The translations under genes were made by a program, and so were the position numbers. Under the pieces are notes generated by a model, which searched no databases, was not told the origin of the DNA, and worked only from the letters and a program-made list of their open reading frames with translations. DNA of 64,000 nt from Candidatus Omnitrophota bacterium. Lineage in GTDB: Bacteria > Omnitrophota > Gorgyraeia > Zapsychrales > Fredricksoniimonadaceae. This document shows positions 27,999 to 36,817 of the stretch, piece after piece. The stretch spans positions 2,100 through 66,099 of the forward strand of contig CAIOPG010000007.1 in assembly GCA_903860135.1 (NCBI GenBank), written 5' to 3'. Position 1 is the first letter of the stretch. Each line of letters opens with the position of its first letter.

Positions 27999-28763
27999 AT
28001 GCTGAAGAAAAGGATTCCGTTAAAGTCAATGGCCTATGCGTATGGCTGGGTGCCGGATATCCCTGACAGCCGCGACCTTTATTATAGCGCGATCCGCATC
28101 AAGGTGAAACTTGCCCCGGCGGTTGATCTGCGCCCGGCGTGTTCAACGGTTGAAGATCAGGGGCAATTGGGCAGTTGTACGGCCAATGCGCTGGCCGGGA
28201 ATCTTGAATTCCTCGATAATAGTGTGGATAATGCGTACACGGATGTGAGCCGGCTTTTTATTTATTATAATGAGCGGGTGCTTCAAGGTTCGGTGGATGC
28301 TGATTCTGGTGCTTCGTTGCGTAACGGCATTAAGACGCTGGCGAAAACGGGTGCCTGTTCGGAGATCTCTTGGCCGTACGACATCGCCCGTTTTGCCGAA
28401 AAGCCTTCAGTGCCCTGTTATACAGAAGCGGCACAGCACCGCATTGTTTCGTATCACAGGCTTGTTGATTTGAATGAAATGCTCTCCTGTTTGTCCGAAG
28501 GGTTTCCTTTTGTATTCGGTTTTGCGGTTTACGAAAGCCTGCAAACGCCGGAGGTCGCGCGTACGGGCAAGGTGCCGATGCCCAAAAAGACCGAGCGGAT
28601 GCTCGGCGGGCACGCGGTTATGGCCGTCGGGTATGACCAGAAGAAAAAACATTTTATTGTCCGCAATTCCTGGGGCGAAAGCTGGGGCATGAAGGGCTAT
28701 TTCACGATGCCGTTTGCCTACATTGAGACCTTGGCGGCGGATTTTTGGACGGTGAGGAAATGA
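27999..28763 (+). CDS. Papain-family (C1A) cysteine peptidase, small cytoplasmic form without signal peptide or propeptide
   Basis: Catalytic-triad signatures in canonical order: QGQLGSCTANA (Gln oxyanion + Cys), GGHAVMAVGYD (His), RNSWGESWGMKGYF (Asn-Ser-Trp); strong RBS AAGGAGG 7 nt upstream of ATG 27999. Confidence 0.8.
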   Translation: MLKKRIPLKSMAYAYGWVPDIPDSRDLYYSAIRIKVKLAPAVDLRPACSTVEDQGQLGSCTANALAGNLEFLDNSVDNAYTDVSRLFIYYNERVLQGSVDADSGASLRNGIKTLAKTGACSEISWPYDIARFAEKPSVPCYTEAAQHRIVSYHRLVDLNEMLSCLSEGFPFVFGFAVYESLQTPEVARTGKVPMPKKTERMLGGHAVMAVGYDQKKKHFIVRNSWGESWGMKGYFTMPFAYIETLAADFWTVRK

Positions 28764-28870
28764 TTTGTATTGAGGGTTATCATTTGTTTTTTGTTGATGT
28801 ATGATGATGTGTTATTAATTGGAAAAGAATAAGAATTATTTCTGTGTCTATAGGCAGGGGGCAATGATTT

Positions 28871-29935
28871 ATGACAAATGAGGTAGTTATGACAGCAATG
28901 TTGGTTGGTGGGAAAAAGATTTTCAGAGGGAGCCCTTGTTTTGTTATTGCCGAGATCGGCCATAATCACCAGGGGGATTTTCAGAAAGCCAAAGAGATGA
29001 TACGTTCGGCAGCCGAGTGTGGTGTTGATGCCGTAAAATTTCAGAAAAGGGATAATCGCAGTCTTTTCACAAAAGCGATGTATGCCAAGCCTTATGATAA
29101 TGAGAACAGTTTTGGAAAGACATACGGAGAACATCGTGAATTTCTGGAGTTTGGCTGGGATCAGTATGTTGAGCTTAAGGAAGAGGCGCACAGGTGCAAG
29201 GTTGCTTTTATGTGTACGCCGTTTGATGTCACCAGTGTTGATTTTCTCGAGAAGCTTGATATCGATGGGTATAAGATTGCTTCTGGTGATATTACCAACA
29301 CCCATCTTCTGGAGTATGTGGCACGCAAAGGCCGTCCGGTTTTTGTTTCGACCGGAGCCAGCACGATGGATGAAATACGTTCTGCCTACAAATGTATTAA
29401 GCTGCATAATGACCAGATATGCCTGTTGCATGCGGTCAGCTCATATCCAGCTAATTATAATGATTTGAATTTACGTTTTATTGAGGTGCTACGCCATGAA
29501 TTCCCAGATGTCATTATTGGTTACTCTGGCCATGATAGCGGGATTCTAGCGGGGGTTGTTGCGTATATGCTTGGGGCAACGGTCCTTGAAAAGCATTTTA
29601 CGCTTAATCGTGCCTGGAAAGGGACAGATCACCGGTTTTCTCTCGAGCCCGTTGGGATGCGCAAGCAAGTCAGGGATCTGCGGCGTATCGATGAATCTTT
29701 GGGGTCGGGGTTGAAAGTATTGCAGCCTTTCGAGGTTGAATTTAGGGCGAAACTTGGGAAAAGTCTATATTTTAAGGGTGCGCATAAGGCGGGTCATATT
29801 TTGGCTCGCGAAGATGTTTCTATCAAAGCTCCCGGGGGAGGTATCCCTCCGTATGATCTGGAGAGGATTATTGGTAAGAAGCTTGTTAAGAACGTAGCAG
29901 AAGAGCATCTTTTGACTATGGGAGATCTGGAGTGA
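28871..29935 (+). CDS. NeuB-family ulosonic/nonulosonic acid synthase (Neu5Ac/KDN-type, possibly a 9-phosphate synthase) with C-terminal SAF domain
   Basis: CFVIAEIGHNHQGDFQKAKEMIRSAAECGVDAVKFQKR and the downstream TIM-barrel pattern; C-terminal antifreeze-like SAF region. Confidence 0.85.
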   Translation: MTNEVVMTAMLVGGKKIFRGSPCFVIAEIGHNHQGDFQKAKEMIRSAAECGVDAVKFQKRDNRSLFTKAMYAKPYDNENSFGKTYGEHREFLEFGWDQYVELKEEAHRCKVAFMCTPFDVTSVDFLEKLDIDGYKIASGDITNTHLLEYVARKGRPVFVSTGASTMDEIRSAYKCIKLHNDQICLLHAVSSYPANYNDLNLRFIEVLRHEFPDVIIGYSGHDSGILAGVVAYMLGATVLEKHFTLNRAWKGTDHRFSLEPVGMRKQVRDLRRIDESLGSGLKVLQPFEVEFRAKLGKSLYFKGAHKAGHILAREDVSIKAPGGGIPPYDLERIIGKKLVKNVAEEHLLTMGDLE

Positions 29936-29942
29936 GGTTTTT

Positions 29943-30446
29943 ATGTTGACGCACGAGGCATTTAAAGAGCGGTTAAAACAGATAAAGCTTGTTGTTTTTG
30001 ACTTCGATGGTGTTTTTACGGACAACAGGGTCTTTGTTTTTCAGGACGGGAGGGAAGCCGTTGCCTGTTCCCGGGGCGATGGGATGGGAATATCGCTCAT
30101 GCGTAAGGCCGGGGTTGATATGTTTGTTCTTTCGACAGAGGAAAATCATGTGGTTGCAGCCCGCTGCCGTAAATTGCTCCTGCCGTATGTTCATGGCTGT
30201 GATGACAAGAAAAATTTTCTTCAAGAGGAACTTTCGCGTCGCTGTCTTGTGTGGGAAGATGTTCTGTTTATGGGCAATGATGTTAATGATGCCGCGTGTT
30301 TAGCGGCGGCAGGGTGCGCGGTCTGCCCCGTCGATGCGCATCGGGCAGTTATACAATATGCGCATTATGTTACCCGGTTGCCCGGCGGCGCTGGAGCCGT
30401 CAGGGAAGTTTGTGACTTTTTTTTACAGGTGAATCATGCAAAATAA
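29943..30446 (+). CDS. HAD-IIIA phosphatase of the KdsC family (3-deoxy-ulosonate 8/9-phosphate phosphatase-like)
   Basis: Motif I VVFDFDGVFTDN, 167 aa capless HAD, conserved GNDVND motif IV. Confidence 0.75.
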   Translation: MLTHEAFKERLKQIKLVVFDFDGVFTDNRVFVFQDGREAVACSRGDGMGISLMRKAGVDMFVLSTEENHVVAARCRKLLLPYVHGCDDKKNFLQEELSRRCLVWEDVLFMGNDVNDAACLAAAGCAVCPVDAHRAVIQYAHYVTRLPGGAGAVREVCDFFLQVNHAK

Positions 30447-31248
30447 CAAGCAGATATTATTTGGGTTAAATGGCAAGGTTGTTATTGTTACCGGTGCGGC
30501 GGGCCAGTTGGGCAATCAGTATGTCCGTGCGTTGCTTGATGCCGGAGCGAAAGTGGTGGCTCTAGACCTTGACCTTAAAAATTTAGGATCCCGCTTGGCT
30601 GACCTTGAGCTTGACGGCTTGTTGTTGCTTGAGGCGGATATTACTGACCGGGCTTCTCTTGAGAGTGCCTTGCAGGTGATATTGAAGAAATTTGGCGGTG
30701 TGCAGGCACTGGTGAATAATGCGGCCATTGATGCGCCACCGCATATGAAGTCAGCGGCATTAACAGGGCCATTTGAGACTTATCCTAAAGATGTCCTTCA
30801 AAAAATGTTCGATGTGAATTTAACCGGGAGTATTCTTTGCTGTCAGGTTTTCGGAGGGCATATGGCACGGCACGGCGGTGGCAGTATTATCAATATTGGT
30901 TCAATCTATGGCATATTAAGCCCTGATCAACGGCTTTATACGTATAAAGAAAAGCCTTTCTTTAAGCCTGTAGGGTATTCGGTAACCAAGTCTGCGGTAT
31001 TAAATTTGACGCGTTATCTGGCGACTTACTGGGCTGACAAGAATGTGCGGGTTAATACATTAACACTGGCCGGGGTGTTTAATAATCAGGATGAGGAATT
31101 TCTGCGGCGTTATACGGTAAAGGTGCCGCTGGGGCGTATGGCGCGGCCAGATGAGTATAACGGAGCTGTTATTTTTTTAATTTCGGATGCTTCCTCCTAT
31201 ATGACAGGATCTAATATGATCGTTGATGGCGGTTATAGTGCGTGGTGA
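30436..31248 (+). CDS. Short-chain dehydrogenase/reductase (classical SDR)
   Basis: TGAAGQLGN Rossmann motif, NNAA, catalytic Y...K region; 270 aa. Confidence 0.85.
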   Translation: MQNNKQILFGLNGKVVIVTGAAGQLGNQYVRALLDAGAKVVALDLDLKNLGSRLADLELDGLLLLEADITDRASLESALQVILKKFGGVQALVNNAAIDAPPHMKSAALTGPFETYPKDVLQKMFDVNLTGSILCCQVFGGHMARHGGGSIINIGSIYGILSPDQRLYTYKEKPFFKPVGYSVTKSAVLNLTRYLATYWADKNVRVNTLTLAGVFNNQDEEFLRRYTVKVPLGRMARPDEYNGAVIFLISDASSYMTGSNMIVDGGYSAW

Positions 31249-31261
31249 GAAAGGAAGATAT

Positions 31262-32749
31262 ATGATCAAGTATCAAAATCTTGTGGCGGGGCAATTGACG
31301 GAACCTTTGGCCAAGGGTTATTTTGAGAATGTCAATCCTGCGGACACGGCGGATATTATCGGTCTTTTCCCACGATCTAACCGGGAAGATGTGGCGCAGG
31401 CGGTGGCTGCGGCCCAAAGAGCATTGCCAGCCTGGAAGAATATGAGTGCGCCCAGGCGAGGGGAATTAATCTTTAAGGCTTCCGAGATCCTCTTGCGGCG
31501 CAAGGATGAGTTGGCGATGGTCATTGTCCGTGAGATGGGCAAGACAATGCCCGAGTCTCGAGGGGATATTCAGTCGAGCGCAGATGCGGGGTATTTTGCT
31601 GCTGGTGAGGGGCGGCGTTTGTATGGCCAGACAACGACATCGGCGCTGGACAATCGCCTGGCGATGACGCGCCGGGTGCCTGTCGGGGTATGCGGGTTGA
31701 TCACAGCCTGGAATGCCCCTATGGCGATCATCACATGGAAACTTTTTCCGGCGCTTGTTTGCGGCAATACCGTGGTGTTGAAGCCGTCGGAAGATACGCC
31801 CATGACGGCGCATCTGCTCGGTGAGGTCCTCAAAGAGGCTGGATTTCCTGACGGGGTTGTGAATATTGTTTATGGCTTCGGGCCTGAGGTTGGAGAGGCG
31901 CTGGTGGCGCATCCGGATGTGAAGCTTGTTTCGTTCACGGGGTCGTCCAAGGTGGGCAATGCGATCGCGGCTGATTGCGGGCGATTGATGAAGCGCTGTT
32001 CTCTGGAACTTGGCGGCAAGAATGCCCTGATCGTGATGGAGGATGCTGATATCGCGGCTGCAGCAAAAGCTGTTGCTGCCGGAGCCTTTTCCACGGCGGG
32101 ACAGCGGTGTGCGGCTACAAGCCGCGTCCTTGTCCATGATAAGGTTTATGATGTTTTTATTAAACTGTTATTAACGGAAACCAGGGCGATGAAAGTTGGT
32201 CCGGGGATGGATCCGGACACCAAGGTTTGTCCGATCATCAACGAGCGTCAGTACAAACGTATCCTGGAATATATTGATGAAGGTAAGCAAGCCGGTTTTG
32301 AACTTTTGTATGGCGGGAAAGTGTTCGATGCGGGGAGGTGTGCTCAAGGCCGGTATATCGAGCCGACTATTTTTGCCGGTGTTGATATTGATTCACGTTT
32401 AGCACAGGATGAGATATTTGGCCCTGTGCTGGCGGTGTTCAGGGTGGGTTCGTTTGATGAAGCGATGGCCAAGGCCAATGCGGTTAGTTACGGATTGACG
32501 GCGTCAATTTATACGCAGGATGTTTCCCTGGCCATGGTGGCGCTTGATCGTTTTGAGGCGGGGTGCTGTTATGTTAATGCGCCGACTTTCGGGTCGGAAC
32601 CGCATATGCCTTTTGGTGGTGTAAAGCTGTCGGGGCTAGGCGCGCGTGAACCGGGGACGCAGGCGCTGGATGTGTTCAGTGAATGGAAAACGATTTATAT
32701 TGATTATTCGGGCGGTGTTCAGCAATCGCAGTACAGGATGAATAAATAA
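31262..32749 (+). CDS. NAD(P)-dependent aldehyde dehydrogenase
   Basis: ELGGKNA (catalytic Glu) and GQRCAATSR (catalytic Cys) motifs; about 495 aa; ATG 31262 after RBS. Confidence 0.9.
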   Translation: MIKYQNLVAGQLTEPLAKGYFENVNPADTADIIGLFPRSNREDVAQAVAAAQRALPAWKNMSAPRRGELIFKASEILLRRKDELAMVIVREMGKTMPESRGDIQSSADAGYFAAGEGRRLYGQTTTSALDNRLAMTRRVPVGVCGLITAWNAPMAIITWKLFPALVCGNTVVLKPSEDTPMTAHLLGEVLKEAGFPDGVVNIVYGFGPEVGEALVAHPDVKLVSFTGSSKVGNAIAADCGRLMKRCSLELGGKNALIVMEDADIAAAAKAVAAGAFSTAGQRCAATSRVLVHDKVYDVFIKLLLTETRAMKVGPGMDPDTKVCPIINERQYKRILEYIDEGKQAGFELLYGGKVFDAGRCAQGRYIEPTIFAGVDIDSRLAQDEIFGPVLAVFRVGSFDEAMAKANAVSYGLTASIYTQDVSLAMVALDRFEAGCCYVNAPTFGSEPHMPFGGVKLSGLGAREPGTQALDVFSEWKTIYIDYSGGVQQSQYRMNK

Positions 32750-32752
32750 GGT

Positions 32753-33598
32753 ATGGCTATGGATCAACAGCGGATAGGGGAGTTGGTCAGGGTTTCAGCA
32801 CGTGTTCGGCAGCTTATCGTCGAAGTTCTGATCTGCGCGGGCTGCGGCCATCCGGGAGGTGCTTTTTCAAGCGTCGACCTGATGGTGGGGTTATATTTCC
32901 ATGCCCTCAGGATCGATCCGAAACGTCCGAGTGCTCCGGATAGAGATTTATTTGTGTTGAGTAAGGGGCATTCATCTGTTGGCCTTTACACGGTGCTTCA
33001 CGCGCGTGGGTTTCTTGATGAAAAAACGCTGATGACGTTTCGTCAAGATGGCAGTGCCCTCGGCGGTCATCCGATCAAGGACAAGGTTCCCGGTATTGAG
33101 GTGAGCACGGGATCATTGGGGCATGGTTTTTCTGTGGCGGCAGGGATGGCGCTGGGGATCAAGAAGGACGGGCAAGCTAAGCGTGTTTTCGTTATGGTCG
33201 GCGATGGAGAATGTCAGGAAGGTTCTGTTTGGGAAGCGGCGATGTTTGCCGCGCATTACAAGCTGGATAATCTGGTGGCTATCGTTGACCGTAACAGGAT
33301 ACAGATCGATGGGTTTACCGAGGATATTCTGGCGCTTGAGCCTATGGTGGACAAGTGGGAAGCGTTTGGGTGGGCTGTGCGGCGTATTAACGGACATAGC
33401 ATGACAGAAATCGTTGCTGCTATGGATGCCTTGCCGTTGGGGAAAGGGCGCCCATCGGTCATTATCGCGGATACGGTAAAAGGTAAAGGGGTTTCTTTCA
33501 TGGAGAATAATCCTGCCTGGCATGGTGGCGGGATATCTGGTGCTAATATTGAAATCGCACGGGCGGATACATATTGGCCTGGGGACAAGGGAGTATAA
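32753..33598 (+). CDS. Transketolase, N-terminal (thiamine diphosphate-binding) subunit of a split transketolase
   Basis: GHPGGAFSSVDLMVGLYF...GDGECQEGSVWEA ThDP-binding motifs; 281 aa. Confidence 0.85.
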   Translation: MAMDQQRIGELVRVSARVRQLIVEVLICAGCGHPGGAFSSVDLMVGLYFHALRIDPKRPSAPDRDLFVLSKGHSSVGLYTVLHARGFLDEKTLMTFRQDGSALGGHPIKDKVPGIEVSTGSLGHGFSVAAGMALGIKKDGQAKRVFVMVGDGECQEGSVWEAAMFAAHYKLDNLVAIVDRNRIQIDGFTEDILALEPMVDKWEAFGWAVRRINGHSMTEIVAAMDALPLGKGRPSVIIADTVKGKGVSFMENNPAWHGGGISGANIEIARADTYWPGDKGV

Positions 33599-33600
33599 AC

Positions 33601-34545
33601 ATGTCCAAGCAATCTATTCGACATGTTTATGGTGCTTGCCTGACCGAGCTGGGCAGGAAATATCCTCAGCTCATGGTTCTCGATGCAGATCTCAAGGAAT
33701 CAACGCAATCGATACAATTCGAGCGGGTATTCCCGGATCGCTACATTGAGTGCGGGATCGCCGAGCAGAATATGTTGTGTGTTGCCGCTGGCTTGGCCTT
33801 AGTCGGAAAAATCCCGGTGGTGCATTCTTTCGCGGCCTTTATAGCCATGCGAGCCTGTGAACAGGTGCGGACCTCCATTGCGTACCCCGGACTTAATGTC
33901 AAGATCGTAGGCACTCATGCCGGTGTGACCGCAGGGAGTGCTGGCACGACGCATCATGCGCTTGAGGATATTGCGATCATGCGGGCGATGGCGGGGATGA
34001 CGGTTTTTGTCCCTGGAGATGCGCGGGAGTTAGAACAGGTGATCGCTGCGGCTTTTGTGATCAATGGCCCGGTGTATATCCGTCTGGGTGCGATTGACTA
34101 TGAGGATGTGTACCGTGACAGCGATCAATTTATTTCTGGCAGGGCAACGCTATTACGCCCGGGGAATGATGTGACGATTATGACTACCGGACATTTGATG
34201 CACGCCGGGGTTGTGGCGGCGGATATCCTTAAGGATCAACATGGGATCAGCGCCAGGGTGTTGCAAATGGCTTCGATCAAGCCGCTGGATCATGCGGCGA
34301 TCGTGGCGGCGGTGAGGGAGACGGCCGGAATCGTGACGGTTGAGGATCATAATATTTTAGGCGGGTTGGGTGGCGCGGTTTGTGAGGCAGCATGCGCGGC
34401 CGGAGGTGCGCGCGTGGAGCGTATTGGCGTGAAGGATGGCTTTTGCGGGGTTGGTTCCTGCGCATTCTTGCTCCAACAACAGAAGGTGACAGTTGACAGC
34501 ATTGTTTTGGCCGTGCTTGATATTTGTTGTCAGAAGAGGGGTTGA
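33601..34545 (+). CDS. Transketolase, C-terminal (pyrimidine-binding + C-terminal domain) subunit
   Basis: Pyr domain pattern YIECGIAEQNM...FAAFIA; starts 2 nt after the N-terminal subunit stop. Confidence 0.85.
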   Translation: MSKQSIRHVYGACLTELGRKYPQLMVLDADLKESTQSIQFERVFPDRYIECGIAEQNMLCVAAGLALVGKIPVVHSFAAFIAMRACEQVRTSIAYPGLNVKIVGTHAGVTAGSAGTTHHALEDIAIMRAMAGMTVFVPGDARELEQVIAAAFVINGPVYIRLGAIDYEDVYRDSDQFISGRATLLRPGNDVTIMTTGHLMHAGVVAADILKDQHGISARVLQMASIKPLDHAAIVAAVRETAGIVTVEDHNILGGLGGAVCEAACAAGGARVERIGVKDGFCGVGSCAFLLQQQKVTVDSIVLAVLDICCQKRG

Positions 34546-36023
34546 TGACGCATGTTGAAAATCAGATGGGGAATTTGAAGCAAAGGATCCTGCACGGAGG
34601 GTCGTGGATGCTCTTTAGCCGGGTTGTTATTCAAATCCTTTCTTTGTTGCGAACGGCTGTTACGGCACGCATCCTTGTCCCCGAGGACTTTGGTTTGTTA
34701 GGGATAGCGGTGATCGTTGTGGCTTTTATTGAGCGGGTTACAACGGTTAATTTAAATCTCTTTTTGATGCAAAAGACAGAGAGCATCCACGAGGACATTG
34801 ACACTATTTGGACAATCGGTGTTTTAAAAGGGATATTCTTTTATGGGATTATTTTCTTTAGCGCGCCTTTTGTTGTCGGTTTCTTCGGGACGCCAGGAGC
34901 GGTGAATGTTTTAAGGGTGATAGCCTTGGTCTTTGTTATTAATTCTTTTGTTAACGGGGCGCTGGTTTATTTGCAAAAGAATATGGAGATGGAGAAGCTT
35001 TCGTATTCCAAGATCGTGGCGGCTATAGTTGAAACAGGGGTCACCCTGGGCATGGTATTTCTTTTAAGGAATGTTTGGGCCATTATTTTTGGTACGCTTG
35101 CCAGTTATTTGACCAATATGCTCATGTCGTTCTTGATTTATCCCAGGATGCCGCGGCTTGAGATAAAATGGGAGAAATTAAAGGATTGTTTTTTGTTTGG
35201 CAAATGGTTGTATTTTGGGAAAATGACAGCTTATTGTATTCAGTATGGCGACAATGCGACTGTCGGGAAAATGATGGGGCAGGGAGCTTTGGGGCTTTAT
35301 CAGATGGCGTATCGTTTGGGGATGCTTCCTTTTGACGAGTTGAGTCAGGCATTGAACAATATTGTTTATCCGGTTTATATTAAATTAAAAACTGAAGACG
35401 CACGGCTAAAGAAATTCTTTCTAAAAAGTATTGAATGGCAGGTCGCCGTGATTATCCCGCTTGTGATCATGATGGTTTTCTTTAGTAAAGGTGTTGTATC
35501 CCTTCTTTTAGGTGACAAGTGGCTAAATATGGTTGTTTGTTTTCAGATTATTGCTATTGTTGGTTTCTTTAAACATTTTCATAGTCATAATGGCCTTTTG
35601 TTGTTGGCTAAAGGGAAGCCACAGGTTGCTGCCTGGGGAGGAGCCATTCAACTGGTTATTATGGGGGCATTGATTATCCCCTTGACGTTATGGATGGGGA
35701 TCGAAGGCGCAGCCACTGCTGTTTTATTGGGTACTTTTATTGCAGCACTATTTTCCTTGTTCATGGCTTTCAAAGAGGTACGTTTACGTATAACGGATCT
35801 TGGGAGTGCTTTGGCCGGGCCGTTGTGTGCGTGTATTTTCATGTCATTGGTTTTGTGGGGATTTTCATGGTGGATCGCTGCTCATGCTATGGGTGGGATG
35901 GTTGTGGGGATGGGGCTAAGTTTGTTTGTGTATCTTGGAGTTTTATTATTGTTTGATCATTGGCAGGCGGGGGAGCTTTTAATAGATTTGAGAAAATGGA
36001 CTGGTTGGAAGTTCTTGGGGTAA
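34545..36023 (+). CDS. Second Wzx-like flippase (MOP superfamily polysaccharide biosynthesis protein)
   Basis: About 14 TM helices, Polysacc_synt-type N-terminal pattern; ATG 34545 overlaps the upstream stop (ATGA). Confidence 0.65.
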   Translation: MTHVENQMGNLKQRILHGGSWMLFSRVVIQILSLLRTAVTARILVPEDFGLLGIAVIVVAFIERVTTVNLNLFLMQKTESIHEDIDTIWTIGVLKGIFFYGIIFFSAPFVVGFFGTPGAVNVLRVIALVFVINSFVNGALVYLQKNMEMEKLSYSKIVAAIVETGVTLGMVFLLRNVWAIIFGTLASYLTNMLMSFLIYPRMPRLEIKWEKLKDCFLFGKWLYFGKMTAYCIQYGDNATVGKMMGQGALGLYQMAYRLGMLPFDELSQALNNIVYPVYIKLKTEDARLKKFFLKSIEWQVAVIIPLVIMMVFFSKGVVSLLLGDKWLNMVVCFQIIAIVGFFKHFHSHNGLLLLAKGKPQVAAWGGAIQLVIMGALIIPLTLWMGIEGAATAVLLGTFIAALFSLFMAFKEVRLRITDLGSALAGPLCACIFMSLVLWGFSWWIAAHAMGGMVVGMGLSLFVYLGVLLLFDHWQAGELLIDLRKWTGWKFLG

Positions 36024-36037
36024 TGGAGGGTTACAAG

Positions 36038-36817
36038 ATGAAAGTTGTTATTTTAGCGGGCGGGTATGGGACGCGCATCAGCGAAGAATCCCATCTTAAA
36101 CCTAAACCCATGATCGATATCGGCGATAAGCCGATGCTTTGGCATATCATGAAGATCTACGCTCATTATGGTTTTAATGACTTTGTGATCTGTTGCGGAT
36201 ACAAGGGATATATGATCAAGGAGTATTTCGCGAACTATTATTTGCATCAATCTGATGTGACGTTTGATTTTTGCGGGCAAAACAAAATGACGATTCATAA
36301 TAATATTGCCGAGCCATGGAAGGTTACGCTGGTGGATACGGGCAAAGACACGATGACGGGCGGCCGTATCAAGCGTATCCAGCCATATCTGGGTAACGAA
36401 CCCTTCTTCTTGACATATGGCGATGGCGTGGCCGATGTGGATATTAAGAAACTCCTGGCCTTTCATTGTGCGCATGGGAAGAAGGCCACGTTAACAGCGA
36501 TTCAACCTGAGGGGCGTTGGGGGACGATTGCTGTCGGGGAAGATGCTCATGTGCAGTCATTTACAGAAAAACCAAGGGGTGGTAATTCCTGGGTTAATGG
36601 CGGTTTTTTTATCCTTCAGCCTGACATTTTTGAGTATATCGCTGATGATCAGGTGTCCTGGGAAGGTGAATCGTTGAAGAAAATTGCACAGATCGGCCAG
36701 TTGAAAGCCTTTCAGCATAATGGATTCTGGCATGCCATGGATACCATGCGTGACAGGGTGATGCTCGAGGATTTCTGGAAGAGTGGGAAGGCACCATGGA
36801 AAGTGTGGAAAGATTAA
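36038..36817 (+). CDS. rfbF: Glucose-1-phosphate cytidylyltransferase
   Basis: MKVVILAGGYGTRISEESHLKPKPMIDIGDKPMLWHIMKIYAHYGFNDFVICCGYKGYMIKEYFANYYLH is near-canonical RfbF/DdhA. Confidence 0.9.
   Translation: MKVVILAGGYGTRISEESHLKPKPMIDIGDKPMLWHIMKIYAHYGFNDFVICCGYKGYMIKEYFANYYLHQSDVTFDFCGQNKMTIHNNIAEPWKVTLVDTGKDTMTGGRIKRIQPYLGNEPFFLTYGDGVADVDIKKLLAFHCAHGKKATLTAIQPEGRWGTIAVGEDAHVQSFTEKPRGGNSWVNGGFFILQPDIFEYIADDQVSWEGESLKKIAQIGQLKAFQHNGFWHAMDTMRDRVMLEDFWKSGKAPWKVWKD

Noticed and set aside
36796-36816. Upstream ATG (36796) as the start of the CDP-glucose 4,6-dehydratase
   Set aside because: It would overlap rfbF by 22 nt. The ATG at 36817, directly after the rfbF stop, gives the usual distance to the TGHTGFKG motif. 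Kept only as an alternative.
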